Positions 47,852 through 58,627 of a DNA stretch of 64,000 nucleotides are shown piece by piece. The notes beneath the pieces were generated by a model, which saw nothing but the letters and a program-made list of their open reading frames with translations, made no database searches and was not told the DNA's origin. How positions within the stretch are numbered: position 1 is the first letter of the stretch; each line of letters begins with the position of its first letter. Where the stretch lies: contig CAVXTH010000007.1 in the NCBI GenBank assembly GCA_963764625.1, positions 1-64,000 on the forward strand, given 5' to 3'. This DNA is from Candidatus Krumholzibacteriota bacterium (GTDB taxonomy: Bacteria; Krumholzibacteriota; Krumholzibacteriia; JAJRXK01). Position numbers and translations under genes: made by a program.

Positions 47852-49333
47852 GTGATGAGTGTCTCGGTCTTCGAGAAACTGGAACCCGCTCTCATTTGGA
47901 AACACTTCGAAGCTTTGACCAGCATCCGGCGCCCCTCCGGAGAAGAGGAGCAGGCCCAGGATTACGTGAGAAGCTGGGCCAAGGAGCGCGGGTTCCCGCT
48001 GCTGGAAGATGCGACCGGCAACCTGGTCGTCCAGGTGCCCGCTACAGAGGGGAAGGAGAAGGCCCCCGTGGTCATCCTCCAGGGGCATCTCGACATGGTC
48101 TGCGAACGCAATTCGGACAGTCCCTACGATTCCTTTGCGGGCCGATTGCATCTCCTGCGCAAGGACGACTGGATCACGGCCGACGGCACCACCCTCGGCG
48201 CGGACAACGGTATCGGGGTGTGCGCGGGGATGGCGGTGGCGGACGACCCTGCGCTGGAGCACGGTCCGCTAGAACTTCTCTATACCATCGACGAAGAGAC
48301 GGGCATGACCGGCGCGCGCGGACTCTCCACCGACATGCTGCGCGGAAAAGCAATGCTGAATCTCGACTCAGAGGATGATGACCTCATATTCGTGGGATGT
48401 TCGGGCGGAAAAGATACGCAATACCGGATGCCCATCACTCGGGAATCGGTGCCCGACGGTCACGTGGCCCGTGCGCTGCGGATCAGCGGACTCAAGGGCG
48501 GTCACTCGGGTCTGGACATCAACCACAACCGTATGAATGCGATCCAGGCTCTGGTTCGAGTACTGGACGAGGCGCGCCGCGAAGCGCCCTTCGAGCTGCT
48601 TCAGCTGGAGGGGGGCAAGATGCGCAACGCAATTCCACGCGAGGCGCAGGCCCTGATCTCTCTCGATCCCGTGCGCGAAGATGCGCTTCAGGCCGTGGTG
48701 AAAACCGCTACCGAGGAGTTGCGCGAGCAATATCGCGGCTTCGATGACGGTTTCACCCTGCAGTTCGAGGCGGTCGATGAGGGGGACCAACGCCTGAAAG
48801 CCGGTGTTTTCACCGCGGACGTGACGGATCGTCTCCTCGCGTTTCTGCGGGCGCTTCCCAGCGGAGTGGTGGCGATGAGCCAGGACATCGAGGGGCTGGT
48901 CGAGACCTCGACTAATTTGGGTGTGCTCAAGACCGGCTCCGATGCGGTCGAGGTCGTGTCGTGCTCGCGCTCCTCGGTGGCCGAAGCCCTGAAGATGGTG
49001 CTCGGACAACTCTCCTCGATCGCCCATCTCGCCCAAGTAGAAGCGGAAGAGGTCGGTGGGTATCCGGGTTGGAAGCCCAAGCTGGATTCGATGGCGCTGA
49101 AGGCGGCGAAGGAGAGCTACCAGCGGCTGTTCGGGGAGGAGCCCCATGTGACCGCCATCCACGCGGGACTGGAGTGTGGGCTCATCGGAGAACACCTGCC
49201 CGGGATCGACATGGTCTCTTTCGGTCCCTCGATCCGAGGGGCGCACTCACCCGACGAGCGGGTGAGCATCGCCTCGGTGCAGAAGTTCTACCGGCTCTTG
49301 GGCGAGGTGCTGAGGAGCTTGGCGCAGCTCTGA
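47852..49333 (+). CDS. pepD: aminoacyl-histidine dipeptidase PepD (M20C)
   Basis: LQGHLDMV, GTTLGADNGIG, DEETGMTGA, NLDSE, GGHSG, IHAGLECG, HSPDE. Confidence 0.94.
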   Translation: MMSVSVFEKLEPALIWKHFEALTSIRRPSGEEEQAQDYVRSWAKERGFPLLEDATGNLVVQVPATEGKEKAPVVILQGHLDMVCERNSDSPYDSFAGRLHLLRKDDWITADGTTLGADNGIGVCAGMAVADDPALEHGPLELLYTIDEETGMTGARGLSTDMLRGKAMLNLDSEDDDLIFVGCSGGKDTQYRMPITRESVPDGHVARALRISGLKGGHSGLDINHNRMNAIQALVRVLDEARREAPFELLQLEGGKMRNAIPREAQALISLDPVREDALQAVVKTATEELREQYRGFDDGFTLQFEAVDEGDQRLKAGVFTADVTDRLLAFLRALPSGVVAMSQDIEGLVETSTNLGVLKTGSDAVEVVSCSRSSVAEALKMVLGQLSSIAHLAQVEAEEVGGYPGWKPKLDSMALKAAKESYQRLFGEEPHVTAIHAGLECGLIGEHLPGIDMVSFGPSIRGAHSPDERVSIASVQKFYRLLGEVLRSLAQL

Positions 49334-49464
49334 GGCGCCAGTTCCAAGTCCCGTCGCTGCGACGAAAGAGACGAGGGGTCCCGGTTTGGGTGCACGATCC
49401 GCTGGTCGTTTGACATTGGTGGGTTTTAAGCATATGTTCATAACTACTTGAGCCGGAGGAGACC

Positions 49465-49887
49465 ATGCCCCGCCCACCAGTCCCCCGACGGATCTCACGC
49501 GGTCTGAGTACTTTGGTCTTCAAGCCGCGCGGGGTACCCACGAGTGGGCTCAGCACTCTCGAACTCACCCTCGATGGACTCGAAGCGCTGCGACTTGCCG
49601 ATCAAGAGGGTCTCTATCAGGAAGAGGCCGCGCGGCGCATGGGGGTTTCCCGGGCGACCTTCGCGCGAATCGTTGCCGAGGCCCGGCGAACGGTGGCCAA
49701 GGCGCTGCTCGAGAGAAAGGCTCTGGTGGTGAGAGGGGGAACGGTTGAGCGGGAGGAACGTCAAACGTGGCCGTGTCCGGTCCACGGACACCGGCATCGC
49801 CAGGGGCGGGGATGCCGCTGCCAAAAATCGAGGCCAAGAGGAGGAGAGCATGGAAACGCAAAAACGGACGATCGCGATCGCGAGTAG
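49465..49887 (+). CDS. DUF134 family HTH protein
   Basis: MPRP..FKPRG..LEALRLAD..QEEAARRMGVSRATF; Cys/His tail. Confidence 0.9.
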   Translation: MPRPPVPRRISRGLSTLVFKPRGVPTSGLSTLELTLDGLEALRLADQEGLYQEEAARRMGVSRATFARIVAEARRTVAKALLERKALVVRGGTVEREERQTWPCPVHGHRHRQGRGCRCQKSRPRGGEHGNAKTDDRDRE

Positions 49888-50236
49888 CGGCACGCTCGGA
49901 TTGAAGGGGAGTGTCAGTCAACACTTCGGCCACTGCCGGAGTTGGGTGCTCGTGACGATCGAGGGGGAGGAGATCCTCGACGTTCGCACCGTGGCCAATC
50001 CCTTCGAGCATGAGCACAGTTGTTCGGCGGTGGCCGGGTTCATCTCCGAACAGGGAGCAAACGTGGTCCTGGCCGGGGGCCTCGGACGCAACGCCCACGG
50101 CCATCTTCTGAGCCTCGGGATCGAGGCGGTTTCCGGCTTCAGCGGGGGGGTCGACCAAGCCCTGCGCGCCTGGATGAGCGGGGCGAAGCCAGGACCGGCG
50201 CTCTGTGATCACAACCTGTCCCGGCACGACCACTAG
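49850..50236 (+). CDS. NifB/NifX-like (dinitrogenase Fe-Mo cofactor-binding fold) protein
   Basis: IAIAS..VSQHFGHC..NP..VVLAGGLG; RBS gaggag before ATG 49850. Confidence 0.88.
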   Translation: METQKRTIAIASSGTLGLKGSVSQHFGHCRSWVLVTIEGEEILDVRTVANPFEHEHSCSAVAGFISEQGANVVLAGGLGRNAHGHLLSLGIEAVSGFSGGVDQALRAWMSGAKPGPALCDHNLSRHDH

Positions 50237-50264
50237 AGCAGCGCGAACTGGCCGAGGCGTACTC

Positions 50265-50753
50265 TCAGATGCGCTGAAAGCTCCACGAAAGCGGTTCGTC
50301 GTTCTCGTAGGGCATGTAGCCGTGAAAACAGCGCGGATCGTCGTCGAAAACCAGAGCTAAAAAGTAGCGATCGCCTTTCCACATGGGCAGGCGATCGAGT
50401 TCGTCCAGAGCGTGCCAAGCCAGGGTGCCCTCGGCGTTCTCCCGGAAGGGGCTCCCCTCGAACTCCTCGATGAGAAAGACGAAGCCTAACCAATCCTCAC
50501 CCTTGGGTCCGAACCCGGTCCAGTTGACGGTGCCCCGCAGACGCATGGTCTTCACCCGTAGCCCGGTTTCCTCCAGAATCTCCCGGCGCATGCAGCTGAC
50601 CACGTCTTCGGTGGCGAGCATCTTCCCACCCACACCGTTGTACTTTCCCAGTTGGTCGTCATCCGGGCGGAAGGAGCGGTGGACCAGAAGTGTTTTCGTG
50701 CGATCGGGAGAGAGAATGTAGCCCAGACTGCCGACGATGGGCGTATAGTGCAT
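50265..50753 (-). CDS. NUDIX hydrolase (8-oxo-dGTP diphosphatase-like)
   Basis: GKYNGVGGK..REILEETGL Nudix box; EGTLAW, LPMWKGD. Confidence 0.9.
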   Translation of the reverse strand: MHYTPIVGSLGYILSPDRTKTLLVHRSFRPDDDQLGKYNGVGGKMLATEDVVSCMRREILEETGLRVKTMRLRGTVNWTGFGPKGEDWLGFVFLIEEFEGSPFRENAEGTLAWHALDELDRLPMWKGDRYFLALVFDDDPRCFHGYMPYENDEPLSWSFQRI

Positions 50754-50891
50754 GGAGTTCCTTCCCAGAGCGAGCGCGATGCAACCATTCGTTGGATTCG
50801 TGCGTCTTGCCATAGTAACCTGTACCCGCTTCTGTGATCATCGTTTTTCCGCGCCGGCTCGAGAGGGCGCGTGGACCCACTGGAGGATTTC

Positions 50892-52040
50892 GTGTCCAAG
50901 CGTAACGCCCGGTGCGCTCTCGCCGCACTCGTCCTGTCCGTCAGTCTCTCTCTGTTCAGTGCCTGCGGCCACCACGGCTCCCAGAATCACGGCGACTCGA
51001 GCTCTTCCGATGCTTCGGCGGATTCGACCGTCCAGACCGCGAAAGGCGACTCGAGCTCGAAGAAAGACGAGGCCATTCCGGTCGAGATCGCTGTGCTGCA
51101 GACGGGCCCCATGGAAGCGGTGATCAAGTCCTCGACGAACATCGAAGCCGAGAGCCACATCGAGGTGGTGTCGGAAGCGGCCCGACGGGTGCGACAGCTC
51201 TTGGCCGAAGAGGGCGATCACGTGAAGAAGGGTCAAGTGCTCTTACGCCTTCAGGACGAGGATCAACGGAGCAACGTGGACAAGGCCAAGGCGCAACTCG
51301 AGCACTCACGCGACGAGCTTTCACGCCAGCAGGAGCTGCAGAAGAAAGGGTTAAACACCGAGCAAGCCCTCAAGGACGCGCGCTACACTTTCGAGCAGAA
51401 CCGTCTGGCCCATGAAGACGCGATGCGAGAGTTGAGCTACACCGAGCTGCGCGCTCCGATCGAGGGAACGGTCACCAAGCGTCTGGTCAGTCTCGGGGAC
51501 AACGTCACCGTCGGGCAGCCGCTATTCGAAATCATCGACTTCGAATCGATGGTCGCCCGCGTCTACATTCCCGAGAACGATCTACCCCAGCTGGCAATTG
51601 GCCAAACCGTGCGCGTTCATGTGCCGGCCGCCCGCGAGCAAGCCTATCAGGGTGTCGTTTCGCGGATCGCACCGGTGGTGGACGCGCGCAGCGGTACGGT
51701 GAAAGTGACGGTGGCGTTGGGGAAGCAGCCGGGATTGCGCCCCGGCCTCTTCGTCGACCTCGAGTTGATCACCGCGGTGGATCAAGACGCCTTGAGGTTG
51801 CCCAAGCGCGCACTCGTGTATGACAACGATCAGATCTACGCCTATCGCCTCGTGGCCGACCGGAAGGTCGAGAGGCTCCCCGTCGTCCCCGGCCTCACCG
51901 GACAGGACTACCTGCAGCCGCTCACGAATTTCGCCGAGGGGGATACCATCGTTGTGACCGGCCAGGCGGCCCTGAAGGACGGAACCACGGTGCGAGTCGT
52001 CAACTTCGATGCTCTCACCGCGGAGGCCACGCGGCAGTGA
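50892..52040 (+). CDS. RND efflux periplasmic adaptor (MFP) lipoprotein
   Basis: Lipobox LFSAC; EEGDHVKKGQVL, LRAPIEGTV, LRPGLFV; RBS ggagg before GTG 50892. Confidence 0.93.
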   Translation: MSKRNARCALAALVLSVSLSLFSACGHHGSQNHGDSSSSDASADSTVQTAKGDSSSKKDEAIPVEIAVLQTGPMEAVIKSSTNIEAESHIEVVSEAARRVRQLLAEEGDHVKKGQVLLRLQDEDQRSNVDKAKAQLEHSRDELSRQQELQKKGLNTEQALKDARYTFEQNRLAHEDAMRELSYTELRAPIEGTVTKRLVSLGDNVTVGQPLFEIIDFESMVARVYIPENDLPQLAIGQTVRVHVPAAREQAYQGVVSRIAPVVDARSGTVKVTVALGKQPGLRPGLFVDLELITAVDQDALRLPKRALVYDNDQIYAYRLVADRKVERLPVVPGLTGQDYLQPLTNFAEGDTIVVTGQAALKDGTTVRVVNFDALTAEATRQ

Positions 52041-55000
52041 ATTCTGAGAGAGTGCGTTCCTTCGTAACCGACCGACCGGTCGCGGTTTTGATGCTCTTCA
52101 TCGCGGCGGTCGTGTTCGGTGGGTTTTCCTACGGTCGTCTCGCTCTCACCCTGATGCCCGAGCTGAGCTACCCGACTCTCACGGTGAGAACCGAATATCC
52201 TGGCGCTGCCCCGGAGGAAGTGGAAAACGACATCTCTCGTCCGGTGGAAGAAGCCCTGGGCGTCATCGGAGGATTGCGCAAGATCAGCAGCGTGAGCCGC
52301 TCGGAAGTGAGCGACGTGGTGCTCGAGTTCTCCTGGGACACGGACATCAACGACGCCACCCAGTCGGTTTTGGAACGGCTCGATCTTGTGTTTCTACCCG
52401 ATGAAGCGAAGCGCCCGCTGATTCTCCATTTCGACCCCTCGCTCGATCCGGTGATGGAGCTGAGTCTCTCCGGCAAGGGCCAGCGCTTCGAGGGAGAGGA
52501 AGGTCTGCGCAGGTTGCGCCGCCTGGCCGACCTGTACGTCAAGCGCCAGTTGGAGCCCATCAAGGGGGTCGCGGCGGTTCGGGTGAAGGGAGGGCTGCAG
52601 GAGGAGATCAACGTCCTGCTCGACGAGGGCCAGCTGCGCCGCACCGGCATCTCCATTCAGCAAGTCATCGACCGTCTGGCGCAGGAGAACATCAATGTCG
52701 CGGGTGGGACCATTCAAGAGGGCCGCACCGAGTACCTCGTCCGCACTCTGAACGAGTACGAGAACCTGGGTCAAATCGAAGACACGATCGTGGCCAGCGT
52801 CGATGGCCGTGACGTGCGAGTGAAAGATCTGGGCAAGGTCGAGTTCTCCCACAAGGAACGCCAGATCGTCACGCACACCGACGGCAGCGAGAGCGTTCAG
52901 ATCGAAATCTACAAGGAGGCTGATGCCAACATCGTGGCGCTGGCCAAGAGTGTGAAATTCCTTTTGGGTTCTACCGATCCCGAATCGGGTTCGCCCAGCG
53001 GTTTGGCGGGGCAGATCTATCAAAACGAAGGGGCAGTGCTCAAGGTCGTCGCCGATCGTTCGGTTTTCATCGAGAGTTCGATCAAGGAGCTGCGCAGTAC
53101 CGCGATTCTCGGCGGGCTGTTGGCGATCTTCGTGCTCTACCTCTTCCTGCGAGAATTCCGAAGCACCGCCATCATCGCCGTCAGCATCCCGATTTCGCTC
53201 TTGGTGACTTTCGCGCCGATGCACCTCTTCGGGGTGTCGCTCAACATCATGTCCCTGGGAGGTCTTGCCCTGGGGATAGGTATGTTGGTGGACTCGTCCA
53301 TCGTGGTTCTGGAGTCCATCCATCGTTGCCGGCAGGAAGGGGACGAGTTCGTTCCCGCCGCGGTTCGGGGAACGCAAGAGGTGCGCTCGGCCGTCTGGGC
53401 TTCCACTCTCACCTCCATCGCCGTGTTTTTTCCCATGGTCTTCGTGGAAGGGGTGGCGGGTCAGGCCTTCGGCGACCTCGGGCTGGCGGTGGTGGCTTCT
53501 CTCTTGGCTTCTGCCGCGGTCGCTCTCTACCTCATTCCCATGCTGGCCAGCCGCGGTGGGGTGAGAGTGGAGGAACTCTCCACCCGAGAGTTGCATCTGA
53601 CCCGATTCCACGGCTTCGCGAAGTTCAAGAGCGCGTACCGGGACCGGTCGATTCGGGCCAGAATCCTCCTGATGGCCACGGTGCTCCCGAGCCTCTACTT
53701 CCTGCTGCGTCTAGTGGTTGGATTCTTTCTGGAGCTCGTCGGCAAGTTCATTCTCCTCCTCTTCTTGCTGGTGGTGGGTGTCTTTCGGCGTCTGCTCTGG
53801 CCGCTCGGCGCCCGCGTGCTCCATCTGCTTCTCCTTCCCTTCCTGAAGCTGACGAACGCCAGCCTGGGCTGGCTCCACCGCGCCTATCCACGCGCGCTGC
53901 GTTGGACTCTGGCGAATCCGGGCGTGACCATCGTGTTCATCCTCGCGGCGCTGGGAACCACAATCTGGGTGGGAGGATCTCTCGACAGCGAACTGCTTCC
54001 CCAAGTTCATCAGGGTGAGTTCACGGTGGAGGTCACGCTTCCGGTGGGCACACCCCTGAAGGAAACGCAGGCGCGATTGCAACCGGTAGAGCAGGCCATC
54101 CTGGCTCACAAGAAGGGGATCCAATCGGTCATCGTGACCTACGGCTACGACCCCGCCCAGTCGGAGGACTCGGACGAGGGTGAGCATACCGCAAAGTTCA
54201 AGATCCTCCTCGCCAAGGGTTCGCGCGGCGCAAAGGCGGAGGAGAGGATCATCAGGAGCCTTCGGGCGCGCCTGGCGGATCTGCCCGACATCAGCTCGCA
54301 GACCACGCGTCCCGTCATCTTTTCCTCCAAGACTCCCATCGAGGTCGAAATCTACGGCGACGATCTCGTCGAGCTGAGGCGTATGTCCGAGCGCGTTCGC
54401 ACCGTGATGGAATCGATGAGTTCGCTGGCCGACGTGGAAGCCACTCTCCAGACCGGAGCTCCGGAGATCCAGGTCGTTTACGACCGCGATCGTCTCTCGC
54501 GCTACGGACTGAACATCATGAAAGTGGCGCAGATGGTGCGCGACAAGGTGCAGGGACACGAGGCCACCCGATTCAATCTCCTCGACCGTCGCGTGCCCAT
54601 CCTGGTGCGCCTCAATGAGAACGAACGGGAGACTGTGGATGACGTCGAGGGCCTGGTCGTCAATCCGGAAGGCGAGCGTCCCATCACTCTGGGATCGGTG
54701 GCCAAGGTGGAAGTGGGAGAGGGCCCGAGCGAAGTGCGCCGGGTCGACGGGCGCCGGGTTGCCTTGGTTCGCGCCAATCTGAACCAAGGCTCCCTGAGCG
54801 AGGCGGTGGGTTCGATCCAGCGTGAGCTTCATCGCCAGGTCGATTGGCCGGCCGGAATGGGCTTCTACATCAGCGGACAGAGCGAAGAATGGGAGCGCAG
54901 CAAGGGCAGCCTTTATCTCGCCCTCGGTCTCTCGATCTTTCTCGTCTACGTGATCATGGCCATCCAGTTCGAATCGCTGCTGCATCCGCTCGTGGTCATG

Positions 55001-55462
55001 TTCAGCATTCCCCTGGCTTTTCTCGGCACGGTGGTCGTGCTGAAGCTTCTGGGCTTCGCGCTCTCGGTGGTAGTGTTCTTGGGGATGATCATGCTGGCCG
55101 GAATCGTGGTGAACAACGCCATCGTCCTGGTGGACTACGTGAACCAACTGCGACGGCGCGGTATGGAGATGAAGGAAGCCATCGTCCAGGCGGGCAGTGT
55201 ACGCCTGCGTCCCATCCTCATGACGACGGCCACCACGGTTCTCGGACTCTTGCCGATGGCGGTGGGGCTGGGTGACGGCTCGGAAATTCGAACTCCCATG
55301 GCGGTGTCCGTCATCAGCGGTCTGCTCTCGTCGACCATACTCACGCTGCTCGTCATCCCGAGCCTCTACCTCATGCTCGATTCCCTCGTTTCCCGCATTC
55401 GCAAACGCGTCACCGGAAGCCCCGCCCTCGGTCCGGCCGAGAGCACGGGGGGCGAATCATGA
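52037..55462 (+). CDS. RND efflux permease (AcrB/AcrD/AcrF family)
   Basis: RPVAV, YPGAAPEEVE, GMLVDSSIVVLE, GIVVNNAIVLVD, RLRPILMT. Confidence 0.95.
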   Translation: MNSERVRSFVTDRPVAVLMLFIAAVVFGGFSYGRLALTLMPELSYPTLTVRTEYPGAAPEEVENDISRPVEEALGVIGGLRKISSVSRSEVSDVVLEFSWDTDINDATQSVLERLDLVFLPDEAKRPLILHFDPSLDPVMELSLSGKGQRFEGEEGLRRLRRLADLYVKRQLEPIKGVAAVRVKGGLQEEINVLLDEGQLRRTGISIQQVIDRLAQENINVAGGTIQEGRTEYLVRTLNEYENLGQIEDTIVASVDGRDVRVKDLGKVEFSHKERQIVTHTDGSESVQIEIYKEADANIVALAKSVKFLLGSTDPESGSPSGLAGQIYQNEGAVLKVVADRSVFIESSIKELRSTAILGGLLAIFVLYLFLREFRSTAIIAVSIPISLLVTFAPMHLFGVSLNIMSLGGLALGIGMLVDSSIVVLESIHRCRQEGDEFVPAAVRGTQEVRSAVWASTLTSIAVFFPMVFVEGVAGQAFGDLGLAVVASLLASAAVALYLIPMLASRGGVRVEELSTRELHLTRFHGFAKFKSAYRDRSIRARILLMATVLPSLYFLLRLVVGFFLELVGKFILLLFLLVVGVFRRLLWPLGARVLHLLLLPFLKLTNASLGWLHRAYPRALRWTLANPGVTIVFILAALGTTIWVGGSLDSELLPQVHQGEFTVEVTLPVGTPLKETQARLQPVEQAILAHKKGIQSVIVTYGYDPAQSEDSDEGEHTAKFKILLAKGSRGAKAEERIIRSLRARLADLPDISSQTTRPVIFSSKTPIEVEIYGDDLVELRRMSERVRTVMESMSSLADVEATLQTGAPEIQVVYDRDRLSRYGLNIMKVAQMVRDKVQGHEATRFNLLDRRVPILVRLNENERETVDDVEGLVVNPEGERPITLGSVAKVEVGEGPSEVRRVDGRRVALVRANLNQGSLSEAVGSIQRELHRQVDWPAGMGFYISGQSEEWERSKGSLYLALGLSIFLVYVIMAIQFESLLHPLVVMFSIPLAFLGTVVVLKLLGFALSVVVFLGMIMLAGIVVNNAIVLVDYVNQLRRRGMEMKEAIVQAGSVRLRPILMTTATTVLGLLPMAVGLGDGSEIRTPMAVSVISGLLSSTILTLLVIPSLYLMLDSLVSRIRKRVTGSPALGPAESTGGES

Positions 55463-58400
55463 CGCCAAGGCCGAGCGACAAAGAACCGTCCCTGCCGCGT
55501 TTCTCGCTGCGGCGTCCCATCACGGTGCTCGTCCTTCTGGCGGCGGTGATCGTGGTGGGTCTGGTGGCGGCGCTGGGGATTCCCGTCGAACTCATTCCTA
55601 AGGGCTTCACCAATCCATCCCTGACCGTCTTCGTGCCGTGGCGTGATTCACCGCCGCGCGAGGTGCTCGAGAAGGTCACGCAGCCACTCGAGGACGAAAT
55701 GGGAACGGTTCGTGGGCTCGAGAGTGTGTCCTCTGCGTCCTCGGTGGGCCGGTCGCGGGTCTTTCTGCGCTTCAAGCAGAGCACCGACATGGATCTCGCC
55801 TATCGCGAGGTGAGGGACCGGGTCGAACGCGCCCGCAGGACGTTTCCCGACGATGCCGACAAGGTGTACATCTTCAAACATGACACCTCGGGCATTCCCG
55901 TCTACGTGGTGGGAGTGGCCGTCGATCCCGACGTGAGTGATGCCTACAATCTCATTCAGAAGCAAATCGTGCTGCCGCTGGAGAGAACGGATGGGGTGGC
56001 CAAGGTCGAAGTACAGGGACTCGAGGAGAAGGAGATTCTCATCGAGCTCGATCGGAATCGCACCGAAGCGGCCGGCCTCAACATCTACCAGATGGCCCAG
56101 GAGTTGGGCAGCGACTCCTTCACCATGGCCAGCGGGAAAGTCTACGAGGGGGGTAAGAAACTCCTGCTTCGCTCAGTGGCTCGCTACCGGAACATCGATG
56201 AATTGAGGAATCGTCCCGTAGCCCCCGGGATCCGCCTCAAAGACGTCGCCACCGTCAAGTACGAGGAGCCCGAAAAGCAATATCGGGTCCGCGCCATGAG
56301 CCGCCCTGCCTACGCGCTGGTCGTGTTCAAGGAAGGCGAGGCGAACGCCCGCGCGGTCTGCCGGCGCCTGGACAAAGTCTACGAGGAACTGGAAGCCGAC
56401 CCACGTCTTTCGAGCGTCGAGTTTCTGGAGATCTTCGATCAGGGGGACGTGATTCAGGAGAGCCTCAGGACACTGCTGCAAAGCGGTGCGATCGGCGGCC
56501 TCATCGCGGGGCTCGTGCTCTTCTTTTTCTTACGGAGATTCCGGGTGACGATGGTGGTGAATCTCGCCATCCCTCTGAGTCTCCTCGTGGCGCTTACCGT
56601 CATGTTCTTCGCCGGCCAATCGATCAACATCATTTCGATGCTCGCCCTGATGGTGAGCGTGGGCCTACTTGGTGGACAATTCCGTCGTGGTGGCCGAAAA
56701 CATCGACCGAATGCACAAGACGGGGCTCACTCGTCACGATGCAGCGATCTGGGGTGCGGGTGAAATCGGTATCGCCATCACCATGTCCACCCTGACCACA
56801 GTGATCGTCTTCTTGCCGGTCGCGCTCGTGCAGGGACCGGGTCAGTTCTTCCTTCTGCGGATGGCGATTCCCATTTGCGTGGCTCTGCTGGCATCTCTCC
56901 TGGTGGCCCTGGTCTGCATTCCCTTGGGCGTGTACCTGACCCTCCCCAAGAGAAGCTCCGGGGCGACGAACAAAGACGGGATCGTGCGCCGTTGGTTGCT
57001 GCGTGCCTACGAACACAGCTTCGGACCCATGAACCGCTTCTATAATAAGATGTTGGCCCGCGCATTGGTGATGCGTCTGGATCTGGTGCTCGCACTCATG
57101 CTGGTCTTCGCCGCCACGGTGGGAATCATGAAGGCACGCCATCTGCGATTCGTGGATGTTCAGGACAACGAGCGCAGCGGCTTCAATATCGATGTCGACA
57201 TGCCCGATACCTACACGCTGGATGAGACGGGCCAGTGGTTCCTTGCTGCCGAGAAGATCATCGAGGATCACCAAGACGAGCTGGGGCTCGAGGGATGGTT
57301 TCTCTGGCATAGCAAGACGCAGGGTGAGTTGGAGGGGTGGTTCACCACGCCGCGAAGTTCGAAGCTCTCCCCGAACGAAGTGACGGCGCGCGTCATGAAG
57401 CTGCTGCCCCAGAGACCGGGGATGGAGCTTCGTTCGGGGGAGGACTCCCCGGTCGAGGACGCCAAGGGCCAGTCCACCTTTCAAGTGACTCTCAACGGTG
57501 AGAGCGTCGACATTCTCGATCACGTATCCGATCAACTGTCGGGGGTCTTCCTGCAAGTGCCCGGGGTTCTGGCCATGCGCAAGTCCGACGACAAACCCCC
57601 GAACGAACTGGGACTGGTCATCGATCGGGAGCGGGTTCAGCGCTACGGAGTGAATCCGGCGGTGGTGGCGGGAATGGTGGGATACGCGCTGCGCGGTCAG
57701 AGCCTGCCCAAGTATCGGGATGAGGGCAGAGAGGTTCCGGTGCGAGTGCGCTACCAGAAGAAAGACCGGGACAACCTGGAGGCGCTGGAGAGTTTCATGG
57801 TGCCCACTAACGACGGGGGAGGGTTACCCCTCTCGGCCGTGACCAGGGTGGAGCAACTCCAGAGTCCAAGCACGATCTGGCGACGGGACAAGCGGATTTC
57901 CCGTACCATCACTCTCGACCTCGTTGAAGGGGAAGCGAAGTCGACGCGCGAGGACTTGAGCGCGATCATGAAAAATCTGGACCTGCCAGAAGGGGTTTCG
58001 TTCTCCGATTCGACTCCGCAGAAGAAACTCGACGAAGACCTGAAGGGACTCATCTTCGCCCTGATGATCTCGGTGGTGTTCATCTACCTGCTGATGGGTC
58101 TGCTCTTCGAGAGCTTCATCCTACCGCTCTCGATCATTTTCACCATTCCCTTGGCCAGCCTCGGGGTCATCTGGATTCATCTTCTGGCCAGAATGGACAT
58201 CGATTTCTTGGGAGCGGTGGGGGTGGTGCTTCTGGTCGGAGTGGTGGTGAACAACGGAATCGTCCTCATCGACTACGTCAATCGTCTCCGCGCTCAGGGA
58301 CACGAGCGTCGTGAGGCGATCCTCTTGGCAGCGGACCGCCGATTCCGTCCCATCATGATGACGGCGATCACCACCATCGGAGGCATGGTTCCGTTGGCTC

Positions 58401-58597
58401 TCAGCGGTCGAATGGAGTCGGGGATTTCCTACACGAGCTTCTCGCTGACTCTGATCGGGGGGATGACCACCGCGACGCTGTTGACGCTGCTCGTGGTGCC
58501 GGTCTTCTACACTTTCTTCGACGACCTGCGCGCTGCCTTCGAAGCGGCACTGCGACGCGTACTCCGCGTGCGCCGTACCGCCACGAAAGCGATATGA
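55459..58597 (+). CDS. second RND efflux permease, one frameshift at ~56669
   Basis: ORFs 55459-56763 and 56669-58597 join across GLL/VDNSVVVAE if one extra base in ggcctacttggtggac is removed; GVVVNNGIVLID, RFRPIMMT. Confidence 0.88.
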
Positions 58598-58627
58598 ACC
58601 CAATCCAGGAATCGATCCGAAGCCGGG

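Noticed and set aside
49465-50236. Nitrogen fixation genes
   Set aside because: DUF134 plus NifB/NifX-like pairs are common in non-diazotrophs; no nifHDK present
56660-56680. Programmed frameshift in the second RND gene
   Set aside because: No slippery heptamer; a single extra base in a conserved TM motif fits a sequencing indel better, given other indels in the window
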